64,000 nucleotides of DNA. Source: an uncultured bacterium. Its GTDB lineage: Bacteria; JAGOEH01. The position numbers and the translations under genes were made by a program. Of this stretch, positions 47,780 through 56,399 are shown in pieces; position 1 is the first letter of the stretch; each line of letters starts with the position of its first letter. Below the pieces are notes generated by a model. It did no database searches. It was not told where the DNA came from and worked only from the letters and a program-made list of their open reading frames with translations. The stretch lies in assembly GCA_964632485.1 (NCBI GenBank), contig CAZWDO010000007.1, positions 124,001 through 188,000 of the forward strand, read 5' to 3'.

Positions 47780-48222
47780 ACAAGCCTCCGTTGGGCTGAG
47801 GTCAACGCGATATAATCAAGAAATTTTTGTTCTTGCTTAGCTTCATTATGTCGCCAGGCCTCATGCTGGTTTTCCCGTAGTTTCTGATAAAGACGCCGCT
47901 GTTTCATTGCTTCCACAAGTTCCCAGCGCTTAATATGCTCTTGTTGATGCAATTTCCTTAAACGATCTTCCTGTTGATCGATTTCAAGATGTTGCTCCCC
48001 GATCAGATTTTGCAGAAACTGTATATAAGAGATACGGATAATTCCGGAAAGCGATTGAGCCAGATCGCGCCAATAATTTTCCAATTGCTTCTGCATTCGA
48101 TTCAGATTACCACGCTCCTGCAATATTTGATTCTGCAATTGGGCAAATTCATTTTTTTTCTGGTTTTCCAATTGTTCCTTAAGATGAAGAATCTGCTCAA
48201 AGCGGAATCGAAAGCTGGCCAT
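47776..48222 (-). CDS. fliJ: Flagellar export protein FliJ
   Basis: FRFRFEQILHLKEQLE N-terminus, coiled coil, EQKFLD; follows fliI. Confidence 0.88.
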   Translation of the reverse strand: MASFRFRFEQILHLKEQLENQKKNEFAQLQNQILQERGNLNRMQKQLENYWRDLAQSLSGIIRISYIQFLQNLIGEQHLEIDQQEDRLRKLHQQEHIKRWELVEAMKQRRLYQKLRENQHEAWRHNEAKQEQKFLDYIALTSAQRRLV

Positions 48223-49544
48223 CAGGTATTGGCTCCTTTATGCGTCAGTTTGATCATTTGGCCAATGGTTTCAGTTATATGAGTTGTATCGCGAAAATCC
48301 TGTTTAAGGAATTCAATCGTACGGCTATGTTTTTCCACCGCGACATCAAGTTCTTTATTATTTCCCCGCACATAGGCGCCGATATTGATCAAATCTTCAG
48401 AATTTTTATAAATAGCCAGCAAAGCGGCCAATTCGTTGGCAGCCTTTAAATGCTCAGGTTGGACGATTTCGTTCATCAAACGGCTAATGCTTTGAAGGAT
48501 ATCGATAGCCGGAAACTGTTTTTGTTCTGCCAGGTGACGGGAAAGTACGATATGGCCATCAAGGATGCTGCGAACGGCGTCTGCGATGGGATCCTCCATA
48601 TCGCTTCCTTCGACAAGCACGGTAAAGATACCGGTGATTGAACCTTTCGCTGCAGTTCCCGCCCGTTCCAGAAGCTGAGGTAAAAAAGCGAAAACAGAAG
48701 GAGTATAGGCTTTGGTTGTCGGCGGTTCCCCGATAGCCAGACCGATTTCTCTCAACGACAAGGCGATACGAGTTACTGAATCCATCATAAACATAACGTT
48801 TTTACCCTGATCGCGAAAATACTCAGCAATGGCCATGGCAGTGAGGCCACATTTGACACGCAAGATAGCCGGCTGATCAGAAGTTGCAATGACGACCACG
48901 CTTTTACTCAGTCCTTCAGGGCCGAGGTCCCGTTCAAGAAAATCATTAACCTCGCGGCCACGTTCACCAACCAGAGCAATGACATTCACATCAGCTTCAG
49001 ATTCACGAGCGATCATTCCCAGCAAAACGCTTTTGCCGACACCACTGCCGGCGAAAATACCGACCCGTTGGCCGAATCCCAACGTTAAAAAACCATCTAT
49101 CGCGCGTACGCCAGTGGCCAATACCGAACGAATACGGGGACGTTGTAAGGGATCAGGTGGCATGGCGATCAAGGGACGGGTTTCACCTGCAACCTTCAGA
49201 ATGTTACGACTCAAGGGACGGCCGAGTCCATCGACAACATGCCCCAGCAAATGTTCTCCTACAGTTACTTTCAATTGCTGTTGCAAAGAAACGACTTTAT
49301 CACCGGGACAGATTCCTTCCAATCGGCCCAGCGGCATTAATAGTATTCGGTTTTCACGAAATCCCACGACTTCAGCCGACAAGCGCCGTCCATCCCGCAA
49401 GTAGATTTCACACAAATCACCTACAGAAGCCGCCGGGCCGTTGGCTTCGACAATCAAACCCACCAGTTGTGAAACGGCGCCCTGAACTTCAATGGGTTCA
49501 ATTTCATCCAGCCAGGCCGATACACGGGATACAAGTTCATTCAT
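48222..49544 (-). CDS. fliI: Flagellar export ATPase FliI
   Basis: AGSGVGKS, GERGREV, MDSVTR, GEPPTTKAY, LDGHIVLSR. Confidence 0.96.
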   Translation of the reverse strand: MNELVSRVSAWLDEIEPIEVQGAVSQLVGLIVEANGPAASVGDLCEIYLRDGRRLSAEVVGFRENRILLMPLGRLEGICPGDKVVSLQQQLKVTVGEHLLGHVVDGLGRPLSRNILKVAGETRPLIAMPPDPLQRPRIRSVLATGVRAIDGFLTLGFGQRVGIFAGSGVGKSVLLGMIARESEADVNVIALVGERGREVNDFLERDLGPEGLSKSVVVIATSDQPAILRVKCGLTAMAIAEYFRDQGKNVMFMMDSVTRIALSLREIGLAIGEPPTTKAYTPSVFAFLPQLLERAGTAAKGSITGIFTVLVEGSDMEDPIADAVRSILDGHIVLSRHLAEQKQFPAIDILQSISRLMNEIVQPEHLKAANELAALLAIYKNSEDLINIGAYVRGNNKELDVAVEKHSRTIEFLKQDFRDTTHITETIGQMIKLTHKGANT

Positions 49545-50302
49545 GACTTTTCTTCTCCGTAACCATAAATATTTTCTCAGAAATTTTTTCTAATTGGGTT
49601 TCCAGACGGGCATCGACAAATCCTGAACGAGTTTCGATCAGGCACCCACCGCGCCCGACGTGTTCATCCATTTTTATTTCCACCCGGGGTAAATCTCGCA
49701 TTTGTGCCAGCAATTCCGGTAGAATAACCTTGGCTTGGGTCTCATCATCCGGATGAATATGAATTTCAAGGCCGTTTTTGTCGATAACCCGCATTAAGGC
49801 CGCCTTGATCACTTTCAGTAAAATTTCCTGATTGATCTTTGGCTCGACCTGCAGTATCTTGCGCGCTATCGACAATCCCAATTGCAATACTTCATTTTCA
49901 CAATGCAAAAGCCATTCTTTCTTTTGATGATCCAGTTCAGTCACAACATGGCTCATAACCGCCAATTCTTCTTTTAATTCATCATTTCGCAGTAATTTTC
50001 CTTCACTCCGACCCTTTTCACGCCCATNNNNNNNNNNCATCTTCAAAGGCGATACTCGTCTGGGTCTCCAATTCCCGCCGAAAATCGTCCCTTAATTTCG
50101 CTTCATTGATTTTTTGTTCTTTTTGCCACATTTTTCGCTGATTTTTTAGATGATTGGCAGCCAATTCCACTTGATTGTCCAGATGGACGACATACGCTTC
50201 ATAAAGCAGCTTTCCGGTCAATTCAACGACTGGCGCTTGAGGACTGGTTATCGTCCGGGGAAGAATCGGATTTTTTACGACAAAACTATTCAACGACTTC
50301 AT
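49537..50302 (-). CDS. fliH: Flagellar assembly protein FliH (interrupted by an assembly gap)
   Basis: Two ORF-track pieces flank a 10-N gap and join as ...AFED-GREKGRSEG (GxxxG repeat); C-terminal GGCLIETRSGFVDARLETQL. Confidence 0.88.
50028..50037. other. Scaffold gap (10 N)
   Basis: Run of N in the sequence; both flanks carry CAT. Confidence 0.99.
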
Positions 50303-51413
50303 CTTCTGCTCCACCCCGACCAGAAATGATAACCTCGCCTTCTTCTTCCAGGCGACGAATAACATCAACGACTTTCTGCTGGGCCTCTTCTACATCCTTA
50401 ACCTTAACGGGTCCCATGAAATCCATATCTTCCTTGATCATTTCCGCCGCGCGCGACGACATGTTTTTAAATACCTTCTGGCGGACTTCTTCACCGGTCC
50501 CCTTGAGGCATAGCGAAAGCTCTTTCATATCGACTTCCTTCAGAACGCGCTGGATTGAACGATCATCAAGCAGCATAATATCTTCAAAGACAAACATCAA
50601 TTGTTTGATTTCCAACGCCAAATCAGGGTGAGTCCTCTCGAGCGTAGTGAGTACATTGCGCTCAGTACCACGATCAGTAGAATTGAGAATTTGAGCGACT
50701 AATTGGACGCCACCGGGTATCGATACATCGGCCTGACCAAAAAGGGCTTTGATTTGGGATTCGAGAATTCCTTCTACTTCATTGATAATACTGGGAGAGA
50801 TGCGCTGCAAAGTGGCTAACCGAGTAATAACATCCACCTGTAATTTTTCGGGAATCTCTGAAAGAATCGCAGCCGATTGCATGGGATTGAGATTTGCCAG
50901 GATCAGAGCAATCGTTTGAGGATGCTCTTTACGCACAAACTCGGAAAGTTGCACAGGATCGACTTCGCGCAGGAGTTTAAAGCCTTCCTTGCGCATGGTG
51001 CTCTGAATACGATTAATAATTTCCATCGCTTTATGATGTCCCAGCGCCGATTCCAATATTTGACGGGCATAATCCAATCCACCCTGGGCAATATATTCTT
51101 TAGCCAGGATCATTTGAGTGAATTCCTCAATCACCGCATCCCGCATTTTGGAAGAAACATTTTTTAACTCGGCAATTTCCAGAGTAATATTTTCGATTTC
51201 GTCTTCGCTCAAAAACTTCATGACCTCCGAAGCCGTTTCGGAACCCAATGCCACCAAAAGGATGGCACATTTTCGCGATCCACTGATCCGGGATAAATCA
51301 ATCGAATCTCCTCCCTGCCTCTCAGTCTGATATTTCTTTAACAGATCATCACTATCATCCGCAACCCCCGGCCCTTTTCCACCGCCCGGGGTCATATCTC
51401 GTTCTTTTCCCAT
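50286..51413 (-). CDS. fliG: Flagellar rotor protein FliG
   Basis: KCAILLVALG, EHPQTIALIL, MFVFEDI, NMSSRAA; about 35-aa N-terminal extension. Confidence 0.96.
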   Translation of the reverse strand: MGKERDMTPGGGKGPGVADDSDDLLKKYQTERQGGDSIDLSRISGSRKCAILLVALGSETASEVMKFLSEDEIENITLEIAELKNVSSKMRDAVIEEFTQMILAKEYIAQGGLDYARQILESALGHHKAMEIINRIQSTMRKEGFKLLREVDPVQLSEFVRKEHPQTIALILANLNPMQSAAILSEIPEKLQVDVITRLATLQRISPSIINEVEGILESQIKALFGQADVSIPGGVQLVAQILNSTDRGTERNVLTTLERTHPDLALEIKQLMFVFEDIMLLDDRSIQRVLKEVDMKELSLCLKGTGEEVRQKVFKNMSSRAAEMIKEDMDFMGPVKVKDVEEAQQKVVDVIRRLEEEGEVIISGRGGAEDEVVE

Positions 51414-51416
51414 ACA

Positions 51417-52916
51417 TCACTCTCCTGGGTTAATGTCTTGAAGCAACCAGGTCCGTAACAGTTGGGCAATATCTTCCGGCGTTGTCTCCGACAATGAAAT
51501 AACCTGGTTTAAAAATTCTTCTTTACGCTTTTTCAACTCTAACAACTCGGGCTCAATAATCGGTTGTTCTTCAAGGCCGGGAGCTGCCTCTTCTTCTTCA
51601 GTTTTCAGATACTTATTGGCAAACTGACGGATCAAATTACGCAGGAAGAGGATGACAAAAAGAATTGCCATTACGACCAACAGACGTTTAGCAATCGCCA
51701 TGATCATGGCTTCCCGTTCCGCCTTGGCCATCTCTTCCATTTCCTTTTCCATCACCGAAGTATCAAAGGGATAACTCGTGACAAAAATCTGATCCTGACG
51801 GGCCGCATCGAAACCCACCGCATTTCGGACCACATTTTCAAGAGCGGTAATTTCATCTACTGTCCGCTGTACCAGCACCCCTCCGTCCCCGGGCTTATAA
51901 TTCAACGTCACGCTGATTGTCAAGCGATCGATACCGCCCACGGCATTGATCGTACTTTCTTCACTATGGTTAATCTCGTAATTGGTAATTGAATGGGCGA
52001 CTTTCTCCGTTTCCCCGGTAGCTTCATTATTTAACTCTTCACTGCGGGTTGCCGAATTTTCGGGATCAAATCGATTCACCCGGCGACTGATCTGGTCAAA
52101 ATTTAGCGATGCGGCAATTCGAACAATTGCATTGCCCTTACCCACCATTTTATCGAGCATGGATTGGGTTTGTTTCTCTAAACGTTCTTCCACCTGCCGT
52201 TTCAGTTTTAATTGGGTATTAGAGATTTTGGCCAACGGATCGTCGCTGAGCTCTTCCGATAACAATACGCCCTGGAAATCGCTGACGACGACATTTTCGG
52301 GCCGAAGTCCTTCTACGGAACGGGCCACCAGTAACGTAATGGATGCTACCAACTCCTTGCCCGCTCCCATACGCGGATTCTTCAACATAATCGTCACCGC
52401 CGCTGTCGGTTCTTTATCCTCTTCCACAAAAAGGCTCTTTTCCGGCAAACTGAGCAACACTCGCGAATACTTAATCTGCTCATAGACGTTAATTGTTCGC
52501 GAGAGCTCCCCTTCCATGGCCCGCTTGTAATTAACCTTTTGAGTAAAATCGGTTAATCCAATATTTGACTTATCAAACAATTCCCAACCTTTCAAATCGA
52601 ACTTGGGAAAATGATCGCTGATCTCGATCCGCAGGGGATCCCGCATCTTTTCCTCAACATAAATTGTGGAGCCATTCGCTTCTGTTTTAAATTTAATTTC
52701 CTTCGACTGGAGGTATTCGGTAATTTTCTGAGCATCATCCACGTTTAAATTGGAGTAAAGCAGGTTATAATTGGTTTTATTGGACCAAAGCATCAAAACA
52801 ACAAAGGTTACAAAAAGAAAAGAGATTAAAGAAATAACCATAATTTTCTGGATCCGGGTCAGTCTGATCCAAATTTCTTTAATTTGTTCGATATATTTCA
52901 TAATCATTTCCTGCAT
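51417..52916 (-). CDS. fliF: MS-ring protein FliF
   Basis: N- and C-terminal TM segments, GWELFD, RAMEGELSRTI, NYEIN, IAQLLRTWL. Confidence 0.95.
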   Translation of the reverse strand: MQEMIMKYIEQIKEIWIRLTRIQKIMVISLISFLFVTFVVLMLWSNKTNYNLLYSNLNVDDAQKITEYLQSKEIKFKTEANGSTIYVEEKMRDPLRIEISDHFPKFDLKGWELFDKSNIGLTDFTQKVNYKRAMEGELSRTINVYEQIKYSRVLLSLPEKSLFVEEDKEPTAAVTIMLKNPRMGAGKELVASITLLVARSVEGLRPENVVVSDFQGVLLSEELSDDPLAKISNTQLKLKRQVEERLEKQTQSMLDKMVGKGNAIVRIAASLNFDQISRRVNRFDPENSATRSEELNNEATGETEKVAHSITNYEINHSEESTINAVGGIDRLTISVTLNYKPGDGGVLVQRTVDEITALENVVRNAVGFDAARQDQIFVTSYPFDTSVMEKEMEEMAKAEREAMIMAIAKRLLVVMAILFVILFLRNLIRQFANKYLKTEEEEAAPGLEEQPIIEPELLELKKRKEEFLNQVISLSETTPEDIAQLLRTWLLQDINPGE

Positions 52917-52928
52917 GACGCCTCCTTA

Positions 52929-53249
52929 TCAAACCTGCATTCGCATGATTTCCTGGTACGCTTCCAGCATTTTGTTACGTATTTCCATCATCAAATCAAA
53001 GGATATACCCGCTTTTTCAACAGCTACCATAACCTGATGAACATCAGTGATCTCGCCAGAGGCTAATTTTTCAATCGATTCCTTGGCCATGTATTGCATA
53101 TCATTTACATCGTGAACGAATTGCTTCAGGACATCTTCAAATTTTACTTTAGCTTGATCAGCTTCTTTTTCCTGTCCCGGGGTCTGCCGGAGCTGATTGA
53201 GTTCCCGCAGTTGCTGCAACAGATTATTAGTTAATTCAATATCAGGCAT
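52929..53249 (-). CDS. fliE: Hook-basal body protein FliE
   Basis: DVHQVMVAVEKA...IRNKMLEAYQEIMRMQV; start ATG 53249 behind AGGAG. Confidence 0.95.
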   Translation of the reverse strand: MPDIELTNNLLQQLRELNQLRQTPGQEKEADQAKVKFEDVLKQFVHDVNDMQYMAKESIEKLASGEITDVHQVMVAVEKAGISFDLMMEIRNKMLEAYQEIMRMQV

Positions 53250-53973
53250 CTTTGCCAACTCCTGTTTTTTCAATTAAATGTTGTATTCGCTTCACTTTTA
53301 TAATGTAGTCATGGGTTTCCGCCGGTAAAACATTTTGTTTCACGCGATTGATACCGGCATTATAGGCCCACAACACATAAAAATCGTCATTATTAAAATA
53401 TCGGCGCAAAAGATTTATCAGTTTACTCCCCCCGCAGATATTTTCATACGGTGAATAGGGATGGCGAACACCGAGCGAAGAAGCGGTTTGGGGCATGAGC
53501 TGCATCAGTCCCATCGCGCCTTTGTTAGATGTTGCGCGTGGATTTCCGGCAGATTCCACATAGATTACCGCTTCCATCAAGCTGGTTGGCACATCAAATT
53601 GACGGGAAAATTTGCGAATAGTAGGATAGTAGCGGCGGATTCGCTGCAAAACTTTTAAATCCAGTCCCTTGGGAGATTGATTCGGCGGGGTCCATTTAAA
53701 TTCCGGATCCGGCGAGGTAGGAATATCCGGCAGTGATGACGCGGCAATTTTTTCCTCTGATGGATCATTTAATGTAAACGGTTCCGCTCTCAAGGGAAGA
53801 CTTGACTGTGATTCTGATTCAGTTAGGGGAAACGATAAAGATGCCATTAAAATCCGTTCCACTTCCTCGCGGGAATAACTCTGGGCAATGATTTCATCGC
53901 GCACTGAACGGACAGATTCCGCTTGAGCAACCCGTAGGAAGAGGATAAAAAAGCAGAGCGCCATATATTTCAT
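53242..53973 (-). CDS. Secreted lytic transglycosylase (SLT family) within the rod gene cluster
   Basis: Signal peptide; AVIYVES (catalytic Glu), GAMGLMQLMP, AYNAG, ETHDYI. Confidence 0.9.
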   Translation of the reverse strand: MKYMALCFFILFLRVAQAESVRSVRDEIIAQSYSREEVERILMASLSFPLTESESQSSLPLRAEPFTLNDPSEEKIAASSLPDIPTSPDPEFKWTPPNQSPKGLDLKVLQRIRRYYPTIRKFSRQFDVPTSLMEAVIYVESAGNPRATSNKGAMGLMQLMPQTASSLGVRHPYSPYENICGGSKLINLLRRYFNNDDFYVLWAYNAGINRVKQNVLPAETHDYIIKVKRIQHLIEKTGVGKDA

Positions 53974-54480
53974 CTATATCTCCAATGCTTTGAGCGCCAT
54001 TTGTTTGGCCGCCTGTAACGCCGACGCGTTTGCCTCATAGGCCCGCGTAGCCGTCATAACGTCCACCATTTCATCCACAATATTGACATTGGGCATTTGC
54101 ACATACCCGTTCTCATCCGCATCGGGATGGCCCGGTTGGTAAACAATCCGTAACGGAGTCTGCTCATCACGAGTAATCTCTTTAACGACAACTCCTTTGC
54201 GGACTGATTCATCCTTAAGATCATAAAACTCGGGGAATGGAATATGGTTTGGGTGAGTCAGCATCGGTTTAATCGATTCCTTGGACGATAGAACCGCTGA
54301 TTTAATTTTTTCCGGTGATTCCTCAAGTATAGCCACCTGACGACGATACGGTCCACCTTCCGGCGTTCGCGTGGTCTCAGCGTTCGCAATGTTGGCAGCA
54401 GCCACTTCCAGCCGCTGACGTTGAGCTTTTAAACCGCTGGCGCTAATATCAATACCGGTAAAAATTGAACCAATTTCCAT
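53974..54480 (-). CDS. flgC: Basal-body rod protein FlgC
   Basis: NIANAETTRTPEGGPYRR; HPDADENGYVQMPNV; RAYEAN. Confidence 0.96.
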   Translation of the reverse strand: MEIGSIFTGIDISASGLKAQRQRLEVAAANIANAETTRTPEGGPYRRQVAILEESPEKIKSAVLSSKESIKPMLTHPNHIPFPEFYDLKDESVRKGVVVKEITRDEQTPLRIVYQPGHPDADENGYVQMPNVNIVDEMVDVMTATRAYEANASALQAAKQMALKALEI

Positions 54481-54490
54481 TATCTACTCC

Positions 54491-54904
54491 TTATTTACCT
54501 TTAATAGCGGTGCGCAACATGTTAAACTGAATTGAGGAAAGCTTGCTCGCATAATAAAACCGCAATTGGTTATTCGTTAATTTAACCATTTCATCGTCAA
54601 TATCAACATTATTCACTCCGGAAGGCGTTGTCGGATCATCCGGCGTAAACGCCACCGGTTTAACTTCTTCAATCAGGGGACGCCCTAATTTTAAATGCCT
54701 GGGATCGGTTTGAGTTCCACGAATTCGTTCTTGATCAAGTGCATATTGTAATTCTTCTTCAAATTTGACTTCTTTTCGCTGATATCCCTCCGTATTGACA
54801 TTGGCAATATTTGCCGCAATAGATTTATGCCTGAGCGCATAAGCATCTAATGCTTTCTCAAGTACAGGCAAGGGGTTATCTTTGTAAAGCAGACGGTCAA
54901 TCAT
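54491..54904 (-). CDS. flgB: Basal-body rod protein FlgB
   Basis: IAANIANVNTEGY, NNVDIDDEM; start ATG 54904 behind AAGGAG. Confidence 0.95.
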   Translation of the reverse strand: MIDRLLYKDNPLPVLEKALDAYALRHKSIAANIANVNTEGYQRKEVKFEEELQYALDQERIRGTQTDPRHLKLGRPLIEEVKPVAFTPDDPTTPSGVNNVDIDDEMVKLTNNQLRFYYASKLSSIQFNMLRTAIKGK

Positions 54905-54931
54905 GGGTTCTCTCCTTTTTCCCATTAATAT

Positions 54932-54947
54932 TGCAACATTCATGCCA
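54932..54947 (-). promoter_or_regulatory. sigma54 (-24/-12) promoter of the flagellar operon
   Basis: Minus strand reads TGGCATG-AATG-TTGCA, matching TGGCACG-N4-TTGCW, 27 nt upstream of the flgB ATG. Confidence 0.85.
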
Positions 54948-55157
54948 ATCACTTTATAAGTCATGGCTTTTATCCCTAAACACATTCGCCTTTTATATCT
55001 TTTATCCAGTAACCCCAAAACTGTTTTCTTTTGCCGATATACTCAACTTCAGCCCTCTTCCAAAAGGAAGAAAATTAGCGTTAAACACAAAATGAAAAGG
55101 GCGCGCTGAATCCAGCGGTTACGAAAGAAGGATTGAGGGACGTTAATAATAAACAAT

Positions 55158-55173
55158 AATTATAGCTATAATT
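55158..55173. promoter_or_regulatory. 16-bp perfect palindrome upstream of the sigma54 promoter (candidate operator/enhancer)
   Basis: AATTATAGCTATAATT. Confidence 0.4.
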
Positions 55174-55440
55174 TTTACTGAGCGAAGAAGCGTTCAATCT
55201 GCTCCCTGAGAGATATGGCCTGAAAATTCACTACAACACGAATTGCTGCTAATTTTGAAGATTATCCGGCGCTTTATTGGATCGAATCGTTCATTTCAAT
55301 TATTATAATAAAGCGGCTGACTGAGGGAAATCGGCGTATTCTGGAGTCGAAAATGAGCGGAAAAACAAGCCGGAAACCGGTTGGTTTTCCAAAGAAGAAA
55401 GCTCTCTTCAGGTCCGCTATAAACGCAGACAAGAAGAGGG

Positions 55441-56385
55441 TTAAACTTGAACGGAGGCTTCCAGTAGTGTCATTTCCCGTGAAACCGTATCTATCCGGGC
55501 CCGTACTCCCAGGGGCAGTGTCGCTTTATGCGGGCCATGGCCAAAACATAAATTCGCCAGCACGGGAATTCCCAAATTTCCCAATCGATCCGCCAATACA
55601 TCCTCCCAATGAAATGAGCCCATCGGGTATCCGCTCTTTGGATCACAATCCACCAGTTCGCCTATGGCAATACCGGCGCATTGCTGTAATTTTCCCGCAT
55701 TATAAAGATGCGTCAACATACCGTCAAGCCGATAAGGCGCCTCATCAATTTCCTCGATAAACAGGATTTTACCCCGGGTATCAAACTCATAGGGAGTCCC
55801 CATCAGGTACGTAAGCAAAGTCAGACATCCCCCGGTAAGAGCGCCTTCTGCCTTACCGGCGGCAATAACCAGAGCTTTTTGAGGGTCCGGATAGGCCTGG
55901 ATGGGAATGGACGATTCTCCGTTCGCGATCAATCGCTTGAAAAAATCAACCGTATAGCCACTGACAGGATCCTTAAAATCGGAAGATAGCATAGGACCAT
56001 AAAATGTTACTATTCCGGTTTTTTCGGTAATAGCGACCAGAATCGAAGTGATATCGCTATAGCCGATATAAATTTTAGGATTCCGTTTAATCAAATCAAA
56101 ATCAAGACGTGTCAAAATGCGGCCGGAACCATAGCCCCCGCGAGTAGACATAATAGCGGCAATGGAGGGATCCTGTACCATGGCATGAAAATCGGTCAGA
56201 CGATCCTCATCTTTACCCGACAAATAACGATTGACATCCATTAAATGAGGAGCCAACTTAACCTGGTAACCCATTTTCTCCAAATTTGCGACTCCTTCGG
56301 CAACAGCGCTGGGACGAAATGGAGGGCTGGCTAAAGAAACCACCCCAATCGTAGAACCAGATTTTAAAGCTTGCGGTAATATCAT
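55441..56385 (-). CDS. LD-carboxypeptidase (peptidase S66, LdcA/MccF-like)
   Basis: RGGYG, IGYSDIT (Ser), LFIEEIDE (Glu), FGHG (His). Confidence 0.92.
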   Translation of the reverse strand: MILPQALKSGSTIGVVSLASPPFRPSAVAEGVANLEKMGYQVKLAPHLMDVNRYLSGKDEDRLTDFHAMVQDPSIAAIMSTRGGYGSGRILTRLDFDLIKRNPKIYIGYSDITSILVAITEKTGIVTFYGPMLSSDFKDPVSGYTVDFFKRLIANGESSIPIQAYPDPQKALVIAAGKAEGALTGGCLTLLTYLMGTPYEFDTRGKILFIEEIDEAPYRLDGMLTHLYNAGKLQQCAGIAIGELVDCDPKSGYPMGSFHWEDVLADRLGNLGIPVLANLCFGHGPHKATLPLGVRARIDTVSREMTLLEASVQV

Positions 56386-56399
56386 CCTATTTCTCCATT

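Noticed and set aside
49537-50368. fliH appears split into two ORFs (possible pseudogene or frameshift)
   Set aside because: The break coincides with a 10-N scaffold gap whose flanks share CAT and join into a normal GxxxG repeat (AFEDGREKGRSEG). This is an assembly artefact.
54950-55440. c-di-GMP riboswitch upstream of the flagellar operon
   Set aside because: No GEMM-like GCAAA...GGACGCAAAG pattern was found by eye on the minus strand, and the sigma54 promoter leaves only a very short leader.
55353-55760. This and the many other ORF-track entries antisense to or nested in well-supported genes
   Set aside because: They are shadow frames of genes with clear family motifs and have no independent support.
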